Made by a program: the position numbers and the translations under genes. A stretch of DNA of 64,000 bases from Alphaproteobacteria bacterium (GTDB lineage Bacteria > Pseudomonadota > Alphaproteobacteria > GCA-2731375): positions 6,080,001-6,144,000 of the forward strand of contig CBDDPY010000002.1 in assembly GCA_965232515.1 (NCBI GenBank). The letters run 5' to 3'. The notes beneath the pieces were generated by a model, which saw only the letters and a list, made by a program, of their open reading frames with translations, searched no databases and was not told where the DNA came from. This document shows, one piece after another, positions 54,730 to 64,000 of this stretch. Within the stretch, counting starts at the first letter, position 1. Every line of letters begins with the position of its first letter.

Positions 54730-56559
54730 CGATCTGAGGTCGGCGTATTCCAGGGGATTGAGCACGCCCACCGCCGCGACCGTCGCGCGGGCGCCGTCCG
54801 ACAGCCGGTAGAGCCCGGGCTCGTTCACCTGCAGGCTGCCGCGCGCCAGGCCACCGGTCTCGTCTTCGCTCAGCGGGACGGTAAATTCCCGGCCCGACGG
54901 CGCCGTCACCGTCACGTCGCCGCCGCCCGGCGCCAGGCTGCGGCGCCAGATTTCGAGGCGATTGCCGTCGGCGGCCGCGCGCAGGTCTTCCTCCTCCAGA
55001 TCCGGCTCTTTCATCAGCCAGTGCGCCACCCGGCGCAACAGCTCGGCCTGCGGCCCGCCGCCCTCGAAGCCCCGGGTCCAGAGCCAGGCGTGGTCCGACA
55101 GCAGCTGCGCGACCCGGCCTTCGCCGATGCGGTCGAGGATCAGGACCGGCCGGTCCGATTCGCCCTGCATCAGGGTCGTGCCCCGCATCAGGTCGACATC
55201 GATCAGGCGGAACCAGCGGCCCCAGTCCGGCTCGTCCGCCTGCGCGCCCGGCAGCTCGGCCGTGACCGGATGCCGGCGGCCGGCATCCGTCAACTCGGGG
55301 CGGAAGCCGCCCGTGATGATGTCGCCGGTCGGGCTGGTCGGCAGCACCTGCGCCAGCGGCGTGCGGTGCAGGCTGAGCGGCGTCGCGAAGGCCGGGCCGG
55401 CGGCGGTCAGCACCGCGCCGCCCTGACGCACGTATTCGACGACGTTGCGCAAATAGAGATCCGGCAGCACGCCGCGGCGGCGATAGCGGTCGAAGATCAC
55501 CAGATCGAACTCGTCCAGCTTGGTCTGGAACAGCTCGCGGGTCGGGAACGAGATCAGTGACAGTTCGCGGATCGGCGTGCCGTCCTGCTTCTCCGGCGGC
55601 CGCAGGATGGTGAAATGCACGAGATCGACGGACGGATCGGCCTTCAGCAGGTTGCGCCAGGTGCGCTCGCCGGCATGCGGCTCGCCCGAAACCAGCAACA
55701 CGCGCAACCGGTCGCGCACGCCGTTGACGACGACCACCGCCCGGTTGTTGATCATGGTCAGTTCGTCCGGGCCGGATTCGACCTCGACCTCCAGCACCGT
55801 CAGGCCGCCATGTTGCAGCGTGAACGGCACCGTGTAGGGCGATCCGATCGGCACGATGTAGGACTGCGGCGGGCCATCATCCTGCTTGACCGTGACCTCG
55901 GCCGCGCCATCGCCGCCAACGCCCTGGTCCTCGATGTTGAGCGTCAGGCTCAACTCCTCGCCGACGATGCCGTAACGCGGGGCTTCTTCGATGACCAGCC
56001 GGCGGTCCCGCTCGCCGCGCTCGCCGGTCAGCAGGACATGCACCGGTCCGCCCGGATCGTCGCGTTCGACCTCGGCCCCGAGGTCATGCACCTGACCGTC
56101 GGTCACCAGCACGGCGCCGGCTACGCGCTGGCGCGGCACGTCCGAAAGCGCGCGGCGCAACGCGCCGATCAGGTGCGTGCCGTCCGGCATGGTGGCGTCG
56201 CCGGCCTCACGGCCGCCCGCATAGACAACCCGGGTCTCGAGATCGCCGTAACCCTCGAGGCGTCGCTCGAGCTGCGCGACCGCCCGTTCGGCGCGCTCTC
56301 CGCGTTCGCCCACATCCTGACTTGGCGACTCGTCGACCACGATCACCGCCACGTCGGTCAGCGGCTCGCGCTGCTCCTCGACCAGCGCCGGATTGGCCAG
56401 CGCCAGCAGGCCGAAGGCCAGCGCCAGGCTCCGCCACCAGGCGCCGGGCAGCCGTCGGGCAAGGGCGTAGCCGACGAACAGCAGCGCGAAGGCGGCGATG
56501 ATCGCCAGCAGTTCCCACGGGATCAGCGGCGCGAACGAAATGTTGGCGATGGTCGTCAT
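54481..56559 (-). CDS. Conserved membrane protein of the MoxR cluster (vWA-like + GATase-like domains)
   Basis: N-terminal TMs, VVDESPSQ, VTDGQVHD, SGEPHAGERTWRNLLKADPSVDLVHFTILRPP, C-terminal TM W.REGR. Confidence 0.85.
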   Translation of the reverse strand: MTTIANISFAPLIPWELLAIIAAFALLFVGYALARRLPGAWWRSLALAFGLLALANPALVEEQREPLTDVAVIVVDESPSQDVGERGERAERAVAQLERRLEGYGDLETRVVYAGGREAGDATMPDGTHLIGALRRALSDVPRQRVAGAVLVTDGQVHDLGAEVERDDPGGPVHVLLTGERGERDRRLVIEEAPRYGIVGEELSLTLNIEDQGVGGDGAAEVTVKQDDGPPQSYIVPIGSPYTVPFTLQHGGLTVLEVEVESGPDELTMINNRAVVVVNGVRDRLRVLLVSGEPHAGERTWRNLLKADPSVDLVHFTILRPPEKQDGTPIRELSLISFPTRELFQTKLDEFDLVIFDRYRRRGVLPDLYLRNVVEYVRQGGAVLTAAGPAFATPLSLHRTPLAQVLPTSPTGDIITGGFRPELTDAGRRHPVTAELPGAQADEPDWGRWFRLIDVDLMRGTTLMQGESDRPVLILDRIGEGRVAQLLSDHAWLWTRGFEGGGPQAELLRRVAHWLMKEPDLEEEDLRAAADGNRLEIWRRSLAPGGGDVTVTAPSGREFTVPLSEDETGGLARGSLQVNEPGLYRLSDGARATVAAVGVLNPLEYADLRSSPQPLAPLVERTGGGSFWLSDGIPDVRRVKPERDAAGRSWFGLRANGDYLVTGVEQIPMLPALVVLALVLGVTMLAWHREGR

Positions 56560-56572
56560 GCGTGCCGGTCCG

Positions 56573-59323
56573 CTATTGGCCCAGACGCTCGAGGATCGCC
56601 GGCACGTGCACCTGATCTGTCTTGTAGTTACCGGTCAGCGTGTACATCACCAGGTTGACGCCGAAGCGATAGGCCATCTCGCGTTGGCGCGGCCCGCCCG
56701 GCACCACGGCGGCCATCGGCCGGCCGAGATCGTCCGTCGCCCAGGCCGCCGCCCAGTCGTTGCCGCCGATGATGATCGAGGCGACGCCGTCATTGACGCC
56801 GCCGGGGCGCAGCTCGACCCAGACCTGGCCGTTGGCGTAGCGGCCCGGGAACGACTGCATCAGGTAGAAGGCGCGGGTCAGCACATGATGCTGCGGCACC
56901 GGCACCAGGGGCGGCACGTCCAGGCGCCGCAGCATCTGGCGCAGCCGCTGGTTGTTGGCGCTGCCGCCGCCGACGCCGCCGGGCAGGCGTAGGTTCGCCG
57001 TCTGTGAGTCCCGGGTGTCGAAGAGAATGGTGCCGCCGGTCCGCATGTAGTTGTCGATGCGCGCGAGCGCCGCATCCGACAGTGGCGGCTGGGTCGGCGT
57101 CAGCGGCCAGTAGATCAGCGGGAAGAACACCAGCTCGTCGGATTCGATATCGAGGCCGAACGGATCCGCCGGCTCGATCGAGGTGCGCCGCCGCAGGATC
57201 TCGCTGAGGCCGATCAGGCCGGCCCGGCTCATGGCGTCGATCTCGTCGTCGCCGGTCAGCACGTAGGCGAGCCGGGTGTCGAGCGTCGCCTGCAGGACGA
57301 ATTCGTCAGAGGGGTCCTGCGCCCGCGCGCTGTCCATCGGCAGGGCGGCGACGACGCCGAGCAGCAGCAATGAGGCGGCCGCGCGGGCGCGCCGTTGCGG
57401 TGACAGCAGGCCGCGCAGCGCCAGCGCCGCGACAATATCGACCAGCGCCAGCAGGATCGCGGCGGTCAGCAGCCAGGGCTTCAGGTCGGTCTCGGCCTGT
57501 TCGGCATAGGGCGCGACCGCGGAACTGCCGGGATAGTCGCCGATCTGAAGCAGACCGTCGATGCCGGACGACAGGTTCAGCGCGCGCTTGGCGTCGTCGT
57601 TGCCGTAGAAACCCGGCGGATGCTGCGGACCGGCGTCCGTCGTGTCGATGACATCGCCGGCGATCGGCCGCGCCGTGGCGCTGGCCGGTCCGAGCTGACC
57701 GTCGCCGCTCAGGCTGGCGAGCGGCGGCAGCATGGCCTCGCTGTCCTCGCCGGCGACGCCGCGCGACAGCGTCACCAGCCGGCGCAGCATGTCGACGAAC
57801 AGCCCGGTAATAGGCAGGTTGGTCCAGTCGGTGTTCGCGGTCGAGTGGAACAGCACCAGCCAGCCGTCATCCAGGCGGTCGGCGGTCACCAGCGGTGTGC
57901 CGTCGGCCAGCCGCGCCCAGGTTTTCCGGTTCAGATCCAACGACGGCTCGGCCAGCACCTGCCGGCGCACGAAGATGTCGTCGGCAATCTCCAGACCATG
58001 GAAGGGGCTGGTCTCGGGAAAATCCGCCAGCTTGGCCGGCTGCGCCCAGGACAGCGAGCCGTCGAGCGCCCGGCCGCCGCCGCGAAGTCTCACGGGGATC
58101 AGGTCGTCGGCGTTCTGCGCCATGCGCGGGCCGGCGAACCGCACCAGCATGCCGCCGTCGCGCACCCACTGCTCCGCTGCGCCGGCGGCGCCGGGATCGA
58201 GCCGGCCGATATCGGCCAGCACCAGCACGGCCGTCGGCCGCCGCAGCAGTTCGGTGACGTCGCCCAGACGCACGTCGCTATAGGGCGACAGCGCCCTGTC
58301 CAGATAATAGAGGTTCGACAGCAGCGGCTGGGTCTGTTCCTCGGTGGCGGCGCCCGAGACCATGCCGACGGGCCGCCGGCGCCAGCGTTCGTCCAGCAGC
58401 ACCACGGCCGCGGCCGATGCCTCGCCGTCGACGTCCAGCCGGACCGCCTGGTTGCGCAGTTCGCTGGGCAGTTCGAGGTCTGTTTCGGCCCGGGTCTGTC
58501 CGGCCTCGAAAGTCGCGCGGCTGCGGGCGAGAACCCGCCCGCCTTCGGCCATGGCGCGCACCCAGACCTGTTCCTCGTTTTCGGGGTCGGCGCGCAGCAC
58601 CGAGGCGCGCAGGCCGCTGCCGCTGATATCAGGCGGCAACAGCGCCTTTGCCAGTGCCAGGCTGTCCTCGGTGATGACGGTCAGGGCGCCAAGCTGCGCC
58701 AACCGCTGGCTGAGCGTTTCCGCCGCGCCGTCGTCGATGCCGTCGCTCAGCCAGACAATCTGCGGCGCCCGCTCGAAAGTGATGTCGGCCAGCGCCGCCG
58801 TGGCCGCGGACCGGTCCACCGGCCAGGGACGCGGCGTCAAGGCCCGTACGGTCGGTCGCAGGTCGGCCGCCGACGTCAGCTTGCTGACGGCGATCGGCGC
58901 GCCGTCGGCCGGCGGCGCGGTCGACAGCAGCGCCGCCGACCGGTCTTCGCGTTGCGCCCGGTCGAGCAGGCCGTCCAGCATGTCCTGGCGCGCGTCCCAG
59001 TTCGGCGCTGCGGCCCAGCCGTCGTCGACGACCAGCAGCAACGGCCCGTCACCGTCCAGCTCGGCGCTGGGATTCAGCAGCGGATGCGCCAGCGCCAGGA
59101 TCACCAGCGCCGCCAGCACCATGCGCAGGATGGTCAGCCACAGCGGCGTCGTCGCCGAGGTCTCGTCGGTGGGTCGCAGCGACAGCAGCAGCCGCACGGC
59201 CGGAAACGAGACACGCCGTGGCGTCGGCGGAATGATGCGCAGCAGCCACCAGATCACTGGCAGCAGTATCAGCCCCAGCAGCATCCAGGGCGCGGCGAAC
59301 CCAATCGCACCGAGGTTCAGCAT
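56573..59323 (-). CDS. BatA N-terminal double-TM + DUF4159 protein
   Basis: FAAPWMLLG..LP.IWWLLR..PP BatA motif, VDDGWAAA, FFPLIYWP, YTLTGNYKTDQVH. Confidence 0.88.
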   Translation of the reverse strand: MLNLGAIGFAAPWMLLGLILLPVIWWLLRIIPPTPRRVSFPAVRLLLSLRPTDETSATTPLWLTILRMVLAALVILALAHPLLNPSAELDGDGPLLLVVDDGWAAAPNWDARQDMLDGLLDRAQREDRSAALLSTAPPADGAPIAVSKLTSAADLRPTVRALTPRPWPVDRSAATAALADITFERAPQIVWLSDGIDDGAAETLSQRLAQLGALTVITEDSLALAKALLPPDISGSGLRASVLRADPENEEQVWVRAMAEGGRVLARSRATFEAGQTRAETDLELPSELRNQAVRLDVDGEASAAAVVLLDERWRRRPVGMVSGAATEEQTQPLLSNLYYLDRALSPYSDVRLGDVTELLRRPTAVLVLADIGRLDPGAAGAAEQWVRDGGMLVRFAGPRMAQNADDLIPVRLRGGGRALDGSLSWAQPAKLADFPETSPFHGLEIADDIFVRRQVLAEPSLDLNRKTWARLADGTPLVTADRLDDGWLVLFHSTANTDWTNLPITGLFVDMLRRLVTLSRGVAGEDSEAMLPPLASLSGDGQLGPASATARPIAGDVIDTTDAGPQHPPGFYGNDDAKRALNLSSGIDGLLQIGDYPGSSAVAPYAEQAETDLKPWLLTAAILLALVDIVAALALRGLLSPQRRARAAASLLLLGVVAALPMDSARAQDPSDEFVLQATLDTRLAYVLTGDDEIDAMSRAGLIGLSEILRRRTSIEPADPFGLDIESDELVFFPLIYWPLTPTQPPLSDAALARIDNYMRTGGTILFDTRDSQTANLRLPGGVGGGSANNQRLRQMLRRLDVPPLVPVPQHHVLTRAFYLMQSFPGRYANGQVWVELRPGGVNDGVASIIIGGNDWAAAWATDDLGRPMAAVVPGGPRQREMAYRFGVNLVMYTLTGNYKTDQVHVPAILERLGQ

Positions 59324-59333
59324 GCGCGCTCCG

Positions 59334-60236
59334 TCACGCGGTCACCAGCGCATCGGCAAGTGCGCTATATAGGGAAAGGAGGGCCGTTTGCGGCGGCCGG
59401 TCTGTTCGATGGAAGGCGCAGGTCCAACCTACGCTGCGCGCGGTGACGCTGAGGTTATCGCGTCGGGCGGCGATGCGTGCGTGATAGTCGGACCGCAGTC
59501 CCTCGACACGGCCGATGGTGATGCTGCCTTCGCCTTCGACGCCCTCGAACAGCATGCGGCCATTATACGGCAAATCTTCCTCGGCCGGGTCCAGCACCTG
59601 CAACAGATGCCCGCGGGCGCCCTGACCGGCGAAGCTCTTGATCGCGGTATCGATCTCGGGCATCGGCGACAGAAAGTCGCCGATCAGCACGATCTGGGCA
59701 TAGCGCGGCACCCGGGCGATGTCGGGCAGGCTGGGCGTTGCCAGCGGCGTGTTCCCGATCAGCGCCTGCGCCATCCGGGTGAGCGCGGCCCGGCCGGTCG
59801 ACGGCGCATCGTCGACGCCCAACAGGGCGATGCGCTCGCCGCCGCGGACCAGCAGCGCCGCCAGCGCCAACAGCAGCAGCGTCGACCGCTCCAGCTTGTC
59901 CTGCTCGGCCGCGTCCGACCGGAAGTCCATCGACGGCGAACCGTCGCGCCAGAGCCAGACGCTCTGGGCGGCTTCCCATTCGTTCTCGCGCACGAACAGC
60001 TTCTGGGTCTTGGCCGATTGCCGCCAGTCGATGGCCTGGGCCGGGTCGCCGATATCGTAGCGGCGGAACTGCCAGAAGGTTTCGCCGATGCCGACGCGGC
60101 GGCGGCCGTGCACGCCCTGCGCCACGGTGGCGGCGACCCGTTCTGCGGCGACCATGAGCGGCGGCAGCGCGGCCGCCATCTGTTCGGCGCGCTGGCGGAC
60201 GACGTTGTGTTGCGCCAGCGAAGCCGTCTCTGCCAT
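59334..60236 (-). CDS. DUF58 protein
   Basis: GVHGRRRVGIGETFWQFRRY..GD...IDWRQSA, DGSPSM, IGDFL. Confidence 0.92.
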   Translation of the reverse strand: MAETASLAQHNVVRQRAEQMAAALPPLMVAAERVAATVAQGVHGRRRVGIGETFWQFRRYDIGDPAQAIDWRQSAKTQKLFVRENEWEAAQSVWLWRDGSPSMDFRSDAAEQDKLERSTLLLLALAALLVRGGERIALLGVDDAPSTGRAALTRMAQALIGNTPLATPSLPDIARVPRYAQIVLIGDFLSPMPEIDTAIKSFAGQGARGHLLQVLDPAEEDLPYNGRMLFEGVEGEGSITIGRVEGLRSDYHARIAARRDNLSVTARSVGWTCAFHRTDRPPQTALLSLYSALADALVTA

Positions 60237-60260
60237 ATGGCAGGCCTTCCCCTGTCCGTC

Positions 60261-61259
<999 letters not shown>

Positions 61260-61360
61260 GATGTCGACTATATTTGTTCCCTGGGACGAAATGACCAGAG
61301 CAAAGGTAACGATTGCGTGCGCCGGATACCATATCGGTGTCGCAAGATGAGAAAAAAGTG

Positions 61361-61939
61361 ATGACCGCAAGCCCGCCCGATCCGATGACCATCGCTGCGC
61401 GTCTGCCGAAGGGCAAGCTGCCGCCGGTGCATAAGTGGAATCCGCCGTTTTGCGGCGATCTCGACATGCGCATCGCCCGCGATGGCACCTGGTACTATCT
61501 CGGCAGTCCGATCGGCCGCAAGCCCATGGTCAAGCTGTTCTCGACGGTTCTGCGGCATGACGACGACGGCCGTTATTATTTGGTGACGCCGGTGGAAAAG
61601 ATCGGCATTACCGTCGACGACGCGCCGTTCGTCGCCGTCGAGATGACGGCGCACGGCAGCGGCCGGGATCAGGTGCTGACCTTTCGCACGCATGTCGACG
61701 ACGAGGTGATGGCCGGGCCCGAGCACCCGATTCGCGTCGAAACCGACATCGGCACCGGCGAGCCGTCGCCCTATGTGCTGGTCCGCGACCGGCTGGAGGC
61801 GCTGATTGCGCGTTCGGTGTTTTATGACCTGGTCGAGCACGGCGAGAATCGCGACATCGACGGGGTCGAGACCTTCGGCGTCTGGAGCGCCGGCGTGTTC
61901 TTCCCGATCGGCAGCTTGGACGGCGCAACGGATGGCTGA
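61361..61939 (+). CDS. DUF1285 protein
   Basis: [40 protein letters not shown]. Confidence 0.92.
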   Translation: MTASPPDPMTIAARLPKGKLPPVHKWNPPFCGDLDMRIARDGTWYYLGSPIGRKPMVKLFSTVLRHDDDGRYYLVTPVEKIGITVDDAPFVAVEMTAHGSGRDQVLTFRTHVDDEVMAGPEHPIRVETDIGTGEPSPYVLVRDRLEALIARSVFYDLVEHGENRDIDGVETFGVWSAGVFFPIGSLDGATDG

Positions 61940-62570
61940 GAGGCATCGGACGCGAATCGTCGAGCGATTGAAGCCGGACGCCGACGACCTGAACGGCTGG
62001 GCCGCGCCGGCGCCGACGGGCGATTTCGATTTGAACCCGGTGATGCGCGACAAGCTGCGCGAGGACCGGCCGTTGCGACCGGCCGCCGTGCTGGTGCCCA
62101 TCGTCGAGCATGCCGGCGGTCCGACCGTGCTGCTGACCCTACGCACCGATCATCTGGAGCATCACGCCGGCCAGGTCAGCTTTCCCGGCGGCCGTGTCGA
62201 GGTGGAGGACAAGCATCCGCTCGACACGGCCCTGCGCGAGACCGAGGAGGAGATCGGCCTGACGCGCGCGCATATCGAGCTCGGCGGCTATCTCGACACC
62301 TACGAAACCGGCACCGGGTTCCGGATCACGCCGGTTGTCGGCTTCGTGCGTCCGGGATTCGCGCTGGCGCCGGACGATTTCGAGGTGGCGGAAGTGTTCG
62401 AGGTGCCGCTCGATTTCCTGTTCGATCCCGCCAATCACCAACGGCACAGCCGGACCTGGAACGGCGTCGAGCGGCATTATCATGCCATGCCTTATGGCGA
62501 TTACTACATATGGGGGGCGACGGCAGGCATGCTGATGAATCTGTACCGTCGCGTACACGGCTTGTTATGA
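61932..62570 (+). CDS. CoA pyrophosphatase (NUDIX, NudL-like)
   Basis: [32 protein letters not shown] Nudix box, IWGATAGML. Confidence 0.93.
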   Translation: MAERHRTRIVERLKPDADDLNGWAAPAPTGDFDLNPVMRDKLREDRPLRPAAVLVPIVEHAGGPTVLLTLRTDHLEHHAGQVSFPGGRVEVEDKHPLDTALRETEEEIGLTRAHIELGGYLDTYETGTGFRITPVVGFVRPGFALAPDDFEVAEVFEVPLDFLFDPANHQRHSRTWNGVERHYHAMPYGDYYIWGATAGMLMNLYRRVHGLL

Positions 62571-62583
62571 GGGGTCGCAGCCG

Positions 62584-62847
62584 ATGGTTCGTAAGCTATT
62601 CATACACCTGCTGCCGTTTCTGCTGCCGTTTATCGCGTTCGTGATCTACGCGATCGTGACGCGGCGGGCGCAGCGCAAGGGCTCCATGTGGGCGGACACG
62701 CCCTATTTCTGGCTGACCAGCAGCGGCCTGATGCTGGTGATCGCCGGTCTGGTGACGGCCGCGGTCATCGGCGGCGATCCGCCCGGCGGCACCTATGTGC
62801 CCGCCACCGTCGTCGACGGCGAGGTCGTGCCGGGCCGCGTCGAATAG
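62584..62847 (+). CDS. Small 2-TM protein (DUF6111-like)
   Basis: FLLPF..F..Y, YVPA...DG.VVPG C-terminus; sits between the NUDIX gene and cca as in other alphaproteobacteria. Confidence 0.75.
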   Translation: MVRKLFIHLLPFLLPFIAFVIYAIVTRRAQRKGSMWADTPYFWLTSSGLMLVIAGLVTAAVIGGDPPGGTYVPATVVDGEVVPGRVE

Positions 62848-62857
62848 CGTTTCCGCC

Positions 62858-64000
62858 ATGGAACCCGCCGGCCGGTTGACGCCGCAGCCCTGGATGACGG
62901 CGCCGGAGACGGCGGCGGTCCTGGCGGCGCTGACGGCCGGCGGTGGTATCGCCCGCTTTGTCGGCGGCTGCGTGCGCGACGCATTGCTGGGCCGGCCGGT
63001 GAGCGATGTCGATATCGCCACCACCGGCGCGGCCGACGACAATATCCGACATCTCGAAGCGACCGGCATCAAGGCGGTGCCGACCGGCCTGGCGCACGGC
63101 ACGCTGACGGCGGTCAGCGGCCACCGACATTTCGAGATCACCACGCTCCGGCTCGACGTCGAGACCTTCGGCCGGCATGCCCGTATCGTCTATACCGACG
63201 ACTGGGCGGCGGACGCGGCGCGGCGCGACCTGACCATGAACGCGCTCTACGCCGATGCCGACGGCACGCTCTACGACCCCATGGGCGGGCGGGCCGACCT
63301 CGAGGCCGGGCGGGTGCGTTTCGTCGGCGACGCCGCCAAGCGCATCGCCGAGGATCGCCTCAGAATCTTGAGGTTTTTCCGCTTTCACGCCTGGTACGGC
63401 CATGGCGCGCCGGCGGCCGACGCGCTGGCCGCCTGCACGGCCGCGGCGCCTGAAATCGCGTTGCTGTCGGCCGAGCGGGTGCGGGTTGAGGTGCTGAAGC
63501 TGCTGGCCGCGCCCGCCGGGCCTGCCGTCGTGCGGCTGATGGCGGACGCCGGCGTGCTGGTCCATGTGCTGCCCGGCCCGGCCGACCTCGACGCGCTCGA
63601 TCGTCTCGCGGGCCTGGAGGCCGAACCCGAGCCACTGCGCCGCCTCGCCGCGCTGACCGATCATCCTGACACGGCCCAGCGTTTGCGCCTGTCGAACGCC
63701 GAGCGCGACCGGCTGGCCTTCCTGCACCGTCCGCTGGCCGAAGTCGTCTCAAGTACGGATATGGCCGACCTGCGCCGGGCCGCCTATCGGCATGGCGTGG
63801 ATCTGGTCGCCGACCGGCTGCTGCTGGCAGGCGAAGCGCCGGCCGCCGCGGCGATCCGCGACTGGACGCCGCCGGTCTTGCCGATCGCCGGCGCCGATGT
63901 GGTGGCCCAGGGCGTGAAGCCGGGCCCGCGGGTCGGCAGGCTGTTGGATACGGTTGAGGCCTGGTGGCTCGATGCCGACTTCGCGCCTGACCGGGCGCGG
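62858..64000 (+). CDS. cca: CCA tRNA nucleotidyltransferase (runs off the window end; absent from ORF track)
   Basis: Translated by hand from ATG 62858: ..ARFVGGCVRDALLGRPVSDVDIAT.., EITTLRLD, DAARRDLTMNALY, RIAEDRLRILRFFRF. Confidence 0.93.
   Translation, partial: MEPAGRLTPQPWMTAPETAAVLAALTAGGGIARFVGGCVRDALLGRPVSDVDIATTGAADDNIRHLEATGIKAVPTGLAHGTLTAVSGHRHFEITTLRLDVETFGRHARIVYTDDWAADAARRDLTMNALYADADGTLYDPMGGRADLEAGRVRFVGDAAKRIAEDRLRILRFFRFHAWYGHGAPAADALAACTAAAPEIALLSAERVRVEVLKLLAAPAGPAVVRLMADAGVLVHVLPGPADLDALDRLAGLEAEPEPLRRLAALTDHPDTAQRLRLSNAERDRLAFLHRPLAEVVSSTDMADLRRAAYRHGVDLVADRLLLAGEAPAAAAIRDWTPPVLPIAGADVVAQGVKPGPRVGRLLDTVEAWWLDADFAPDRAR

Overview
High-GC chromosomal window, most likely from an alphaproteobacterium (Rhodospirillales-like gene content and promoter motifs), holding about 62 densely packed CDSs. 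I found no rRNA, tRNA, CRISPR array, prophage or transposase. Recognisable blocks: galE; an mct/meh-like mesaconyl-CoA pair; a secreted-protein + CHASE2-adenylate cyclase operon divergent from a complete ccoNOQP-ccoGHIS (cbb3 oxidase) locus with a perfect FNR box and a RegA/RegR-like box; glnE; manC; a TRAP transporter with acyl-CoA catabolic genes; an HTH-citrate synthase fusion divergent from a citrate synthase; many glutathione/redox genes; a GT87+GT2 pair; the MoxR-DUF58-BatA/DUF4159 cluster; and DUF1285-NUDIX-cca. Best hidden signals: (1) a glutathione S-transferase whose catalytic Cys position is an in-frame UGA followed by a SECIS-like hairpin, a probable selenoprotein truncated in the ORF track; (2) a 268-bp TA-flanked MITE-like element whose ends supply the stop codons of both neighbours; (3) an HTH-citrate synthase probable regulator with a visible repeat operator; (4) a CtrA box upstream of a pentapeptide-repeat gene. 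All family calls come from motif recognition only; no database searches were run.
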